DNA of 64,000 bases from a virus, in the IMG/VR virus record IMGVR_UViG_3300030098_004409, positions 1 through 64,000 of that record; one strand, given 5' to 3'. The first letter of the stretch is position 1. Every line of letters starts with the position of its first letter. A model generated the notes under the pieces. It did not search any database. It saw nothing but the letters and a program-made list of their open reading frames with translations, and was not told the DNA's origin. The translations under genes and the position numbers were made by a program. Below are positions 9,769 to 18,759 of this stretch, piece by piece.

Positions 9769-9942
9769 ATGGTAGATAAGCTTAAGGCATTGGTGAGATC
9801 AAAACGCTTTTGGACTGCTGTAGGTACTGTTGTTACCGTAGCACTTCAAGATGTTGTTGGTATCCCAACAGAGACGGCGACTAGTATTGTAGCAGTTGCT
9901 GTAGCTTGGATTGTAGGTGATTCTCTTCGTCCAACGGAGTAG
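9769..9942 (+). CDS. Small holin-like membrane protein, 57 aa (not in ORF track)
   Basis: MVDKLKALVRSKRFWTAVGTVVTVALQDVVGIPTETATSIVAVAVAWIVGDSLRPTE; AGGAG SD; two hydrophobic helices; SKRFW motif as in phage holins. Confidence 0.7.
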   Translation: MVDKLKALVRSKRFWTAVGTVVTVALQDVVGIPTETATSIVAVAVAWIVGDSLRPTE

Positions 9943-9966
9943 ACATAAACAGAGAATCATGATTCT

Positions 9967-9997
9967 GAGTCCAGCGTATGAAGCGCTGGGCTCTTTT
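9967..9997 (+). terminator. Intrinsic terminator
   Basis: GAGTCCAGCG / CGCTGGGCTC stem followed by TTTT. Confidence 0.65.
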
Positions 9998-10011
9998 ATA
10001 AAGGAACTAAA

Positions 10012-10254
10012 ATGAATATTGATTTTATTATTACCGCCGAATCTTACTACAAAGCAAAGATGGATGAGGCTGCACTGACCATGAGACTATATACTGGAGC
10101 TGCTGTTGGTATAGGCGAGCATCCACAGGTATTTCAAGAATTCATATCGGCGCTAGAAAACTTTAAAGAGGCTAGAGAAAGCTATCAGCTGGTGCAAGAG
10201 TTAAAAGCAGACTTAGTTAAACAAAACGAAAAAGAAAGCGAAGATGAAAGTTAA
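10012..10254 (+). CDS. Conserved phage hypothetical protein
   Basis: AVGIGEHP motif; AAGGA SD. Confidence 0.7.
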   Translation: MNIDFIITAESYYKAKMDEAALTMRLYTGAAVGIGEHPQVFQEFISALENFKEARESYQLVQELKADLVKQNEKESEDES

Positions 10255-10633
10255 GATCACTTTACTTGCCACTTGTTTCGACAAGAGGTCAAACATAAAC
10301 AATAAACGTAGCAATAATTTCGTAGTCGTTAATGAGGATGACACGCTGCCAAGTAGATATTTGTTGTCCGATTCACCAAGTGACTGTGTTGACAAAATCT
10401 GCCAAAAGTTTTTAAGCTATAGCGTTGATTGGCTTGATTTTAGTATCATAGACGTTAAAAGAAATGACACAGACGAAATAGAAATTGTTTACTCTACGGA
10501 ATTTCCATATTGCGAAAATTTTTACAAGCATGGGAAGACCCTCCATCTTTATGACGACGACTTAGGCGAGATATTAGGAGAAAAATACATTGAAGGAATC
10601 ACAAGAGCAACGAGAAGAAGGTTTGTCCTCTGA
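10244..10633 (+). CDS. Hypothetical protein
   Basis: Overlapping ORF in operon; weak NUDIX-like layout without the Nudix box. Confidence 0.65.
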   Translation: MKVKITLLATCFDKRSNINNKRSNNFVVVNEDDTLPSRYLLSDSPSDCVDKICQKFLSYSVDWLDFSIIDVKRNDTDEIEIVYSTEFPYCENFYKHGKTLHLYDDDLGEILGEKYIEGITRATRRRFVL

Positions 10634-10904
10634 GTCCTGTTATTTTCTATGTTACACAGATAAAGAATCTTCGGATATTTTTTTTAAGTGTGGGTGGGGC
10701 GAGTCAGCTAAGGACGTACAGAATTTTGCCTTCATGCTATCAAAAATAAACTCTGGAGACTACGAGAATAACATACTAGACATACTAAAAACGCAGACTG
10801 AAAACACCGCTGACTTTGAATTATTTATGCGACTATACGCTAATTATAGGGCTAATGAAAAATCAGATTTAGTTGTTCCACCTTCTATGGCTCACCTTAA
10901 ATAA
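10590..10904 (+). CDS. Hypothetical protein
   Basis: AGGAG SD before TTG; fills operon gap. Confidence 0.6.
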   Translation: MKESQEQREEGLSSESCYFLCYTDKESSDIFFKCGWGESAKDVQNFAFMLSKINSGDYENNILDILKTQTENTADFELFMRLYANYRANEKSDLVVPPSMAHLK

Positions 10905-10948
10905 TGTGTATAGTACATAGGTAAAACCTGCTGAACGGAGGTAGTTCT

Positions 10949-11590
10949 ATGTTTGAAAATAAAATAGCTTGGCAAAGCTGGAACGCAATAATAGAAGAGT
11001 ATTATTCAAAGGCTAACGAAATAGACATACTTGAAGAGCTTTTAATGGCTCAAGAGATGGAAGAAATGCCTAATATGCCTATTAAGTTTGTAGATCCAGC
11101 ACCTAGAGTTATATATACGCCTTATGGCGCATATCCCGCTGAATCAATGATGAAGCCTTCTGATAGGTGGAATTGCTGGTTGGCATATACAAACTTCGAT
11201 CTAACGCATACTGTTCTAGATGTTCTAGAAGAAATAGATGGGGTTGAAGCAGTCAAGATACTAGGAAGATACACTTTTTTCATAGGAGTAGGAAAACTTT
11301 TTAATCCTACGGATGTTAGATTAAACATCGAAAACATATTGACCGATACTACACATATAAGTAGTCCTGATTCAGTCTCTAATGAAATTAACGATGCGAT
11401 AGAGTCTATCAAGAGTCAGGTTAGTGCCAAGAGATATTGGTCTATATTTGTCTCCTCTGTAGGAGAAATTGATTACATTATGTCAGATGCTCTCGATGAG
11501 CAGTATCTACATGAATTAAATAAGTTTGAAGATTTACGTCAAAAAATTGGTGGTATTATAATTAGGAGCTCAAATGAACAAAAATATTGA
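10949..11590 (+). CDS. Hypothetical protein
   Basis: GGAGG SD; overlaps the start of the downstream sigma gene. Confidence 0.75.
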   Translation: MFENKIAWQSWNAIIEEYYSKANEIDILEELLMAQEMEEMPNMPIKFVDPAPRVIYTPYGAYPAESMMKPSDRWNCWLAYTNFDLTHTVLDVLEEIDGVEAVKILGRYTFFIGVGKLFNPTDVRLNIENILTDTTHISSPDSVSNEINDAIESIKSQVSAKRYWSIFVSSVGEIDYIMSDALDEQYLHELNKFEDLRQKIGGIIIRSSNEQKY

Positions 11591-12017
11591 TGAAGCGATT
11601 AAGAATATTGATTACAAAAGAATTATGGATAAAGTTTGCTCAAAATATAACAGGTACGTTGATGAAGACGATATGTCATCAATTAGATTATATACTTTGT
11701 GGCAATGTTTGAACAAGTTCGACCCAGAAAGAAAGGTTAAATTCACTACTTTCTTGTACCAACAGCTTACCTTTGCTATTAAAAATCACCTGAAGCGTCA
11801 GCGCCGTGAATATACAAATATTCCTTTCGCAGTTGCTCAACGTAGAGATCTTGATATAGACGTAGCTTTGCTAGATATGCCCAGAGAAATGTCTGAGTTA
11901 ATAGAGCAGAAATATGTTTCCAAGATGACTATGACTGAAATAGGTGAGGCCAACGGTTACAGTAGAGAGACAGCTAGAAGGCGACTGAAGAAGGCAGTAG
12001 AATATTATAAAAACTAA
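11574..12017 (+). CDS. Phage sigma70-family RNA polymerase sigma factor
   Basis: Region 2 FDPERKVKFTTFLY; region 4 HTH TMTEIGEANGYSRETARR. Confidence 0.82.
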   Translation: MNKNIDEAIKNIDYKRIMDKVCSKYNRYVDEDDMSSIRLYTLWQCLNKFDPERKVKFTTFLYQQLTFAIKNHLKRQRREYTNIPFAVAQRRDLDIDVALLDMPREMSELIEQKYVSKMTMTEIGEANGYSRETARRRLKKAVEYYKN

Positions 12018-12652
12018 TGCGTATAGAATTACTTTGCAACGAACCAAAGTACCCAGACATCCTTGCTTGTATATTTGAAGGTAGCGAAAAAAGGGTCGAT
12101 CAAATATGTACCCCGTCTGGTATAGTTCCACGCATTGATGAAAGTTTTATTCGTGAATACTGCAACTTTTCTGGAATTGTTGATTTTCCATACGGAATAT
12201 CTGAGACTCGCATAAGAGTTCATGAAATACTTCTTTGCGAGAAGAGGGGTATCAAAACGATAGATCTTGTAATAAACAGACATGATCTGGAAAGCTCTAA
12301 TCTCTTCGCTATAAGAAAAGACTTCAAAACATGTCATGAGGCATGTAAGATTAACAACATTCACATAAGGCCGGTAATAGAATACAGATTGGCAGAGGCA
12401 GACTTTATGGAGGATCTTTGCTTTTCGTTGAGAGAAAACGGCGCATCCGAAATAGTATTAGGCACAGGGTCTATGGTCGATGACCTCTTAGACAATATTA
12501 TATCTTCTAAATTAATTGAGGACAAATTGGGGCTTCCTGTGATAAGCTGTTCGCCTATTTTGTCTAATGACCATTATAATATGTTTTATGAATCAAAAAT
12601 ACACGGAATTAGGATAAAGTCATATAAGATACTTGATAATTTTGTGTATTAG
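12017..12652 (+). CDS. Deoxyribose-phosphate aldolase (DeoC)-like protein, catalytic lysines apparently lost
   Basis: IVDFPYG, IDLVIN, PVIE, LGTG are collinear with DeoC VxxFPxG, IDMVIN, KVIIE, KTSTG. Confidence 0.65.
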   Translation: MRIELLCNEPKYPDILACIFEGSEKRVDQICTPSGIVPRIDESFIREYCNFSGIVDFPYGISETRIRVHEILLCEKRGIKTIDLVINRHDLESSNLFAIRKDFKTCHEACKINNIHIRPVIEYRLAEADFMEDLCFSLRENGASEIVLGTGSMVDDLLDNIISSKLIEDKLGLPVISCSPILSNDHYNMFYESKIHGIRIKSYKILDNFVY

Positions 12653-12724
12653 ATATTAGGAACTGGACTCTTTACGGATAATTGTGGGAATATATTTTTA
12701 TTTTTCGTATAGGAGTCATATATT

Positions 12725-13387
12725 ATGGCAGTTCCAAGTGGACATCACATTTACCCTTTCGGTAATGTACAAACTCAAGGCGGTACTATCTTAAACAATG
12801 ATAATACTAGTACCGACAGAATTACTAAAGCTTTCGAGTTAGTTACAGCAGTCGCAGATGCTGCAGACACTAACACTCTCCCTAGCATTGGCGCTAGCGG
12901 TATTTATAACGTACATAAACCTCTTTCAGGCGGAACCTTCGCTTATTCAGAAGCAGGTAAGTATGTTATTGCTCGCGTCTCTGACACTCTTTCTGGCGCA
13001 GCTAACACCAAGCTTATCTTCATGGGTGCTGGCGACAGACAGGCTATCCCAAGATTCCAAGGCGATTACGGAGCTAAGCTCCTAACAGCTTGGAGACAAA
13101 ACCAGTTTAGCTGGTTGGGTACTCTCGATAGTGGTGCTAAGATTACCAACATGAGAACTCAGTGGTTGAACAGCGGCGGTACAGCGGCTGCTTCCGCAGC
13201 TACCTTAAATGGTACAAACATGTGGGACCCAGTTGCTGATAGTACGTCTGCTAACAGCGATAGCGCAGCTAATCCTACCCGTGCCGTACCGGGTGAATTT
13301 GTAATGAAAGTTGACTTCGTGACCATTAGCATTGATAATGCTGACTCAGGAGACTTCTTTGACTACGCACCAATTACTGGTATGTAA
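12725..13387 (+). CDS. Putative virion structural protein
   Basis: Gly/Ala/Thr/Ser-rich; AGGAG SD; followed by a strong terminator. Confidence 0.55.
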   Translation: MAVPSGHHIYPFGNVQTQGGTILNNDNTSTDRITKAFELVTAVADAADTNTLPSIGASGIYNVHKPLSGGTFAYSEAGKYVIARVSDTLSGAANTKLIFMGAGDRQAIPRFQGDYGAKLLTAWRQNQFSWLGTLDSGAKITNMRTQWLNSGGTAAASAATLNGTNMWDPVADSTSANSDSAANPTRAVPGEFVMKVDFVTISIDNADSGDFFDYAPITGM

Positions 13388-13394
13388 TAGCTCT

Positions 13395-13428
13395 GAGGGG
13401 GAGTTCATTCTCCCCCTCTTTATTTTTT
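13395..13428 (+). terminator. Intrinsic terminator
   Basis: GAGGGGGAG / CTCCCCCTC perfect 9-bp stem followed by TTTATTTTTT. Confidence 0.85.
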
Positions 13429-13444
13429 CACGAGGGGAAAACCT

Positions 13445-13726
13445 ATGGACTGGGCATCAATTAATGATATAGCACAATTAATAGGCTTGATAGCACTACC
13501 TGCAATAGGCTGGGTTTTTCACACAGTTACAAAGCACGGGAGCAAGTTAATCATGCTAGAGGAGAAAGTAAACGACTCTATCCAAAGAAGAATGGATTCT
13601 TTAGAAAATAAAGTTGACGGATTAGAGGTAAAGATAGATAATAAGATAGACAAATTAGAAGATTCGCTTCATCAAACTCAGCTAGATGTTGCTGAGAAGA
13701 TACTAAAAGCGATCAATAACAAATAG
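13445..13726 (+). CDS. Membrane-anchored coiled-coil protein
   Basis: N-terminal TM helix then heptad-like LENKVDGLEVKIDNKIDKLE. Confidence 0.7.
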   Translation: MDWASINDIAQLIGLIALPAIGWVFHTVTKHGSKLIMLEEKVNDSIQRRMDSLENKVDGLEVKIDNKIDKLEDSLHQTQLDVAEKILKAINNK

Positions 13727-13736
13727 GAGTTTTTTT

Positions 13737-13940
13737 ATGGCAAACAAAGAAGAAGTATTGAAAATGTTGGAAGCTATTGATGGTGGGACTTATTACCGCC
13801 GTGATCTGCTTGAGGTATTTAAGAGTATGGTAGAAGCTTTGGGTTTTGCACCAGAACCTGCACCAGCACCTGCACCAGCACCAACGCCTGCACCGGAACC
13901 GGAGGCTAACGATGATGCGCCAAATTTTTCCAACGACTAA
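13737..13940 (+). CDS. Hypothetical protein with Pro-Ala tail
   Basis: AGGAG SD; APEPAPAPAPAPTPAPEPE. Confidence 0.7.
   Translation: MANKEEVLKMLEAIDGGTYYRRDLLEVFKSMVEALGFAPEPAPAPAPAPTPAPEPEANDDAPNFSND
13848..13904 (+). repeat. Imperfect 6-nt coding repeat (GCACCA/GCACCT), Ala-Pro
   Basis: Seen directly in sequence. Confidence 0.8.
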
Positions 13941-13964
13941 TGAGACGAAAATAAATCTTTTGTC

Positions 13965-13993
13965 TTGCAAATCGACACAACGACACGTATAAT
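13965..13993 (+). promoter_or_regulatory. sigma70-type promoter of the nrdAB operon
   Basis: TTGCAA-17 nt-TATAAT. Confidence 0.8.
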
Positions 13994-13999
13994 AAAAAT

Positions 14000-14162
14000 G
14001 TTCGGAGAGTAATGAAGCCCAGCTCTTAAACAAAAGCAGGCTAAACGACACTTTCTCCGGCTTGCCGAAAGGCACAGGATTCATCAAGATTTACTTGCTC
14101 TGTTACCTGTTTTTTTATAAGTGTCGTTTTTTTATTGCACCCTTTTTTACAACAGTGAGAGC
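14000..14162 (+). promoter_or_regulatory. Structured 5' leader of nrdA (candidate attenuator or cis-regulatory RNA)
   Basis: Several stems, a GAAA tetraloop, an 11-bp long-range pairing and two U-tracts. Confidence 0.45.
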
Positions 14163-16610
14163 ATGAGCCAAAATATAAAAATCAAAAAAAGAAACGGTCG
14201 TCTGGAAGAAGTAAACCTAGACAAGGTAAACAAGTGTGTAGAAAGAGCGTCCGAAGGTCTAGATGACGTTTCTGTTAGTGAAGTGGTGTTAGATGCGAGT
14301 CTACAGCTGTACAACAAAATACCTACATCTGAAATAAATAAAGCTCTAATTCTTTCTGCTAGATCAAAGATAGAAAAAGAACCTAACTACGCTTATGTTG
14401 CGGCGAGGATGCTTCTAAGTAACCTGTACAAAGAAGTATTTGGGGAGTCAGTAGATGTAGATAAGTTCGAGGATCAGTATAAGAAGTCTTTTGTGCGCAA
14501 CATAAAGAAATTAGTCAAAGAAGAACGTCTCAGTGAAAGACTTTTGTCTTATGATCTTGATGTTATTGCTGAAGCTATCACGCCCTCCCGTGACCACCTA
14601 TTCAAGTACCTCGGTATTCAAACCTTATATGATAGATACTTTATACATTTACAGGGTCGCAGGATGGAGACACCTCAAGCTTTCTACATGAGAGTAGCTA
14701 TGGGGCTGTGTCTATCAGAAGAGAACAAAGAGCAGAAAGCAATAGAAATATATAATATGATGTCTGAATTCAGATACTCACCTTCAACTCCCACTCTATT
14801 CAATAGTGGCACACGCAGGTCACAGCTTTCATCCTGCTACTTGAGTACTGTTGGGGACTCTATCGACGGCATCTTCGGCACTCTTCATGGTCAAGCAAGG
14901 CTCTCTAAGTACGCTGGCGGTCTTGGTGTGGATTGGTCTGGAGTCAGAGCTACGGGTGGCTACATTAAGGGAACCAACGGCAACTCTACTGGTCTAGTAC
15001 CTTGGCTTAAAATATTTAATGATTTATTGGTGGCTGTCAATCAGGGCGGTAAGCGCAAAGGCGCTGGATGCGCATATATAGAACCTTGGCATTTGGATGT
15101 AGAAGATTTCTTGGAGTTAAGAAAGAATACCGGAGATGACCGCCGGAGATGTCACGATATGAACACAGCCCTCTGGATTCCAGATGAATTTATGTTAGCC
15201 GTGAAGAAGAATCAAGACTGGTATCTTTTTGACCCATCTGAATGTAAAGAATTACATGATACCTACGGCAAAGAGTTTAGCAAACATTATAGAAGGTATA
15301 AGAAACTAGCTGACGCTGGAGAAATAAAAAACTACAGGGTCATAAACTCAAAAGATCTTTGGAAGAAAATGCTTACAGCCCTATATGAAACGGGTCATCC
15401 TTGGATTACATTTAAAGACCCATCTAATATTAGATATTCTAATAAACATGAGGGTGTAGTTCACTCCTCTAATTTATGTACAGAGATATTGCTACATACG
15501 TCTCCAACAGAATACGATGAGGGCAATATTGTTAAAGTTGGCGAGACAGCCGTTTGTAACTTAGCCAGCATAAATTTGGCATCACACCTGAAAGTTCGCA
15601 CAGTAGACTGGAAGAAATTACAAAAAACTATAGAAGTAGCCATTAGAGGTCTGGATAATGTCATCAACCTAAACTTTTATCCCACAGAAGAAGCAAAAAG
15701 AGCAAACCTAAAGCATAGACCTGTCGGTCTTGGAATTATGGGGACTCATGACGTTCTTCATAAGCTAGGGATACCCTACAATTCAAAGGATGCTGTTGTA
15801 TTATGTGGCAGAATTCAAGAATTCATATCTCTTCATGCAATTAAGACATCCGCTTTAATAGCCAGAGAAAAGGGTCAATACCCCTCCTTTGAGGGATCGG
15901 AGTGGAGTCAGGATAATTTTCCGATAGATACTTATTGTAATTTGATGAATCAGAGAGACCCCCAAAGAGCAGATAATGTGTATAAAAGAGAGGACTTCGA
16001 GAACTTTACTGAAGAATGGGAAGAAGCTAGGGAGCTAGTCAGGAGACACGGTATGCGTAACAGCAACGTGATGGCAATCGCCCCTACTGCAACGATCTCA
16101 TACATTCAGGGTTGTTCTCAGTCTATTGAACCAGATTACTCAGTTCTCTATGTTTACTCAACCTTGAGTGGAGAGTTTACTATGGTCAACGAACACTTTG
16201 TTGCAATGGCCAAAAAGAAGGGTATTTGGTGTCAAGAGCTGGTAGACGCTCTAAAAACTGCTGATGGCGATGTCATGGCGGTAGATCTGGATGAGGATAT
16301 TCAGAGAGAGTTTATCACTGCTTTTGACATAGAACCAGAAATTTTGATTGAGGCTGCGGCTGAAAGACAAAAGTGGATTGATATGGGACAGTCACTAAAC
16401 CTTTATAACAAACACGACAGCCTCAAATTTTTGAATGATCTTTATTTTTCTGCTTGGGAGAGTGGCCTTAAAACTACTTACTACTTAAGAGGTAAAGCCG
16501 CAACTAGAGTGGAAAAATCAACAGTTAGCTTTAAGTCTGCTGAAGAGCCTGAAGGTGAAGAGATCAAAGCTTGTTCTATTTTAGATCCCGGATGTGAGAG
16601 TTGCCAGTGA
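14163..16610 (+). CDS. nrdA: Ribonucleotide reductase class I alpha subunit with N-terminal ATP cone
   Basis: IKKRNG ATP cone, TPTLFN, SSC, SNLCTEI, APTATIS, KTTYY, C-terminal CESCQ. Confidence 0.97.
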   Translation: MSQNIKIKKRNGRLEEVNLDKVNKCVERASEGLDDVSVSEVVLDASLQLYNKIPTSEINKALILSARSKIEKEPNYAYVAARMLLSNLYKEVFGESVDVDKFEDQYKKSFVRNIKKLVKEERLSERLLSYDLDVIAEAITPSRDHLFKYLGIQTLYDRYFIHLQGRRMETPQAFYMRVAMGLCLSEENKEQKAIEIYNMMSEFRYSPSTPTLFNSGTRRSQLSSCYLSTVGDSIDGIFGTLHGQARLSKYAGGLGVDWSGVRATGGYIKGTNGNSTGLVPWLKIFNDLLVAVNQGGKRKGAGCAYIEPWHLDVEDFLELRKNTGDDRRRCHDMNTALWIPDEFMLAVKKNQDWYLFDPSECKELHDTYGKEFSKHYRRYKKLADAGEIKNYRVINSKDLWKKMLTALYETGHPWITFKDPSNIRYSNKHEGVVHSSNLCTEILLHTSPTEYDEGNIVKVGETAVCNLASINLASHLKVRTVDWKKLQKTIEVAIRGLDNVINLNFYPTEEAKRANLKHRPVGLGIMGTHDVLHKLGIPYNSKDAVVLCGRIQEFISLHAIKTSALIAREKGQYPSFEGSEWSQDNFPIDTYCNLMNQRDPQRADNVYKREDFENFTEEWEEARELVRRHGMRNSNVMAIAPTATISYIQGCSQSIEPDYSVLYVYSTLSGEFTMVNEHFVAMAKKKGIWCQELVDALKTADGDVMAVDLDEDIQREFITAFDIEPEILIEAAAERQKWIDMGQSLNLYNKHDSLKFLNDLYFSAWESGLKTTYYLRGKAATRVEKSTVSFKSAEEPEGEEIKACSILDPGCESCQ

Positions 16611-16744
16611 GATTCATAGAATTTAGACAAAGTGGGACATCGCCCATCAAATATAGATTAGAACTTAACCCCAAAGAAGCAGAAGAAGTCAAAGAACTAT
16701 TGCAACAGATAATTGAAAGATTGAATAAACATGAAGAAAAGTAA
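16607..16744 (+). CDS. Small hypothetical protein, 45 aa, between nrdA and nrdB (not in ORF track)
   Basis: GTG start overlaps nrdA stop (GTGA); MRFIEFRQSGTSPIKYRLELNPKEAEEVKELLQQIIERLNKHEEK. Confidence 0.5.
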   Translation: MRFIEFRQSGTSPIKYRLELNPKEAEEVKELLQQIIERLNKHEEK

Positions 16745-17738
16745 AGAAATTATATCAGACAAAGTGGCCACTGTAAATCAGATACTGCCGCACACTAATA
16801 AGTGGGCGTGGGATCTATTTATTGACGGAGCAGCCAATAATTGGATGCCTACAGAAATTTCCATGTCTAAGGATATTGAACAGTGGAAGTCAAATACGCT
16901 ATCAGATGATGAAAGGTTGGTTGTAAAGAGATGTCTTGGTTTCTTTGCGGGCTCAGAGTCTTTAGTCGCAAATAATCTCTTGCTTAGTATATTTAAATAC
17001 GTTACTGATCCTGAATGTCGTCAGTATATATTAAGACAGGCATACGAAGAAAGCCTGCACAATCTTACCGTAGTTTATGTCTGCGATTCTCTAAACTTGG
17101 ATATTGAAGAAGTTTATCAGGCTTATAACTCTATCCCTAGTATCAAAGCTAAGGATAACTTTCTGATGAACATCACCACAGACATCAATAGACCAGATTT
17201 TAATATAAACACATTAGAAGGAAAGAGAGAGTTCCTTCGCAATATCATTACTTATTATATCATCTGCGAAGGAATTTTCTTCTTTTCGGGCTTTGCTATG
17301 TTGCTATCTTTCAATAGACAAAACAAGTTGCCGGGAATTGGAGAACAAATTCAGTACACTTTGAGAGATGAGAGCCTACATATTAAGTTTGGCACTACAT
17401 TGATTAATAGACTTAGAGAAGACAACCCAAAGATCTGGACTAAGGCTATGGAAAAAGAAACTATTGAACACATAGAAACAGCAATGGAGTTAGAGCTTGC
17501 ATACGCTAGAGAGGTTTTACCTAATGGGATTCTCGGCCTTAACTCCGACATGTTTATTGATTATGTGCAGTTTATTGCCAATAGAAGGTTGAGCAACTTG
17601 AACTTGCCTTCTCCGTTTGAAGACACGCAGAATCCTTTTCCTTGGATGAGCGAGATCATTGATTTGGAAAAATGCAAGAACTTTTTTGAAACAAGAGTAA
17701 CAGAGTATTCAGTGGGTAATTTAGTAGACGATTTTTAA
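16731..17738 (+). CDS. nrdB: Ribonucleotide reductase beta subunit, class Ic (R2c)-like
   Basis: EESLH, EGIFF, RDESLH, NFFETRVTEY; first metal ligand is Glu (GSESLV) and Val sits at the radical-Tyr position. Confidence 0.93.
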   Translation: MKKSKEIISDKVATVNQILPHTNKWAWDLFIDGAANNWMPTEISMSKDIEQWKSNTLSDDERLVVKRCLGFFAGSESLVANNLLLSIFKYVTDPECRQYILRQAYEESLHNLTVVYVCDSLNLDIEEVYQAYNSIPSIKAKDNFLMNITTDINRPDFNINTLEGKREFLRNIITYYIICEGIFFFSGFAMLLSFNRQNKLPGIGEQIQYTLRDESLHIKFGTTLINRLREDNPKIWTKAMEKETIEHIETAMELELAYAREVLPNGILGLNSDMFIDYVQFIANRRLSNLNLPSPFEDTQNPFPWMSEIIDLEKCKNFFETRVTEYSVGNLVDDF

Positions 17739-17750
17739 AAGGTATTAGCT

Positions 17751-18749
17751 ATGTCAAGAATTTTCTGGGCCTGCCAGTCAGTATACATAGATGGTTCGTA
17801 TGTTAAAGGCGTTCAATCTGTGGGTCTAGATATAGCTAACGAATGGGAAACTCTTGCTCCAGATAAGGGTATTCAAGATTTTTTTCTGCAGGAAAGACAC
17901 AAAGTAGGGAATCCAAAACCTGAAATCACCTGCACTATAGAAAGACATGTAAGGGTTGATACTCTTCCTCTAATTTTTAACTGTACCGATGGGCATGTTT
18001 TATCGAAAACTGGTGGTGGATTAGGTTATTGTGGCTGGGACGACGGCTTTAAAGAGTATACCATAGATATAGCTTACGGTAGTGAAGACTATACATACGG
18101 AAGTTCTACTCAAGTGAGAACACTTAAATATTGTCTCATACAGGACATTTCTTATAGTTTCTCTGTTGATGGCTTCTTCACTGAGACTATAACATTTGTA
18201 ACTAACTATATGGAAAACGGTTCGGGTAAAGCTGGAACTCAAAGTTATGGAGACCTAGCAAGTGAAGAACGGGGTGACGACCTCGTTGGTAGAAGATTTA
18301 ATTTTCTTACCGACGCAAGTAGTCTCGGCTACGGTTTTCTTACTGACGGTGCTATTCAGTCCGTTTCTGCAAGTATCTCATTTAGCTACGAAGAAATACC
18401 TGAAAAAGGTTTAATCAAAGGTGCGGCTACCGAGTCTGAGCAAAACTATTGGAAATATCAGACATTGCCAGTTTCTATCAGCGGAGAGGTGACATCTGTA
18501 ATAACGAGCGACTACGCCACAAAGTTAAAAATACAAACAGCGACAACTAACCTACCCGCAACCGCACTTAGATTCAAACTTCAAAGGTATGGAGGCGGGT
18601 CAAGCAGTATTCTCGATATTGACTTTGGTTCTAAAAATAATTGTACCGGAATCAGCACTAGCGGAGGTACTGCAGGTAGTAACGATAATGTTGAAGTTAC
18701 TGCATCATTTCAAAATGTAGAAAATTATTTTAAACTAACCAAATCATAA
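17751..18749 (+). CDS. Putative tail tube-like structural protein
   Basis: Beta-rich, Gly/Ser/Thr-rich; GVQSV and ISYSFSVDG strands; inference only. Confidence 0.4.
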   Translation: MSRIFWACQSVYIDGSYVKGVQSVGLDIANEWETLAPDKGIQDFFLQERHKVGNPKPEITCTIERHVRVDTLPLIFNCTDGHVLSKTGGGLGYCGWDDGFKEYTIDIAYGSEDYTYGSSTQVRTLKYCLIQDISYSFSVDGFFTETITFVTNYMENGSGKAGTQSYGDLASEERGDDLVGRRFNFLTDASSLGYGFLTDGAIQSVSASISFSYEEIPEKGLIKGAATESEQNYWKYQTLPVSISGEVTSVITSDYATKLKIQTATTNLPATALRFKLQRYGGGSSSILDIDFGSKNNCTGISTSGGTAGSNDNVEVTASFQNVENYFKLTKS

Positions 18750-18759
18750 GGAGCAAATC

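Noticed and set aside
13936-14050. Hammerhead-like strings (CTAATGAG..GAAA; GTAATGA..TAAAC) and partial SAM-I or glycine riboswitch-like words
   Set aside because: Invariant core nucleotides are missing and flanking stems do not fit; kept only as an unclassified structured leader
14121-14162. Longer GTG start for nrdA, and similarly extended starts for several track ORFs
   Set aside because: The extensions are low-complexity or overlap upstream genes; downstream ATGs fit SD position and domain boundaries better
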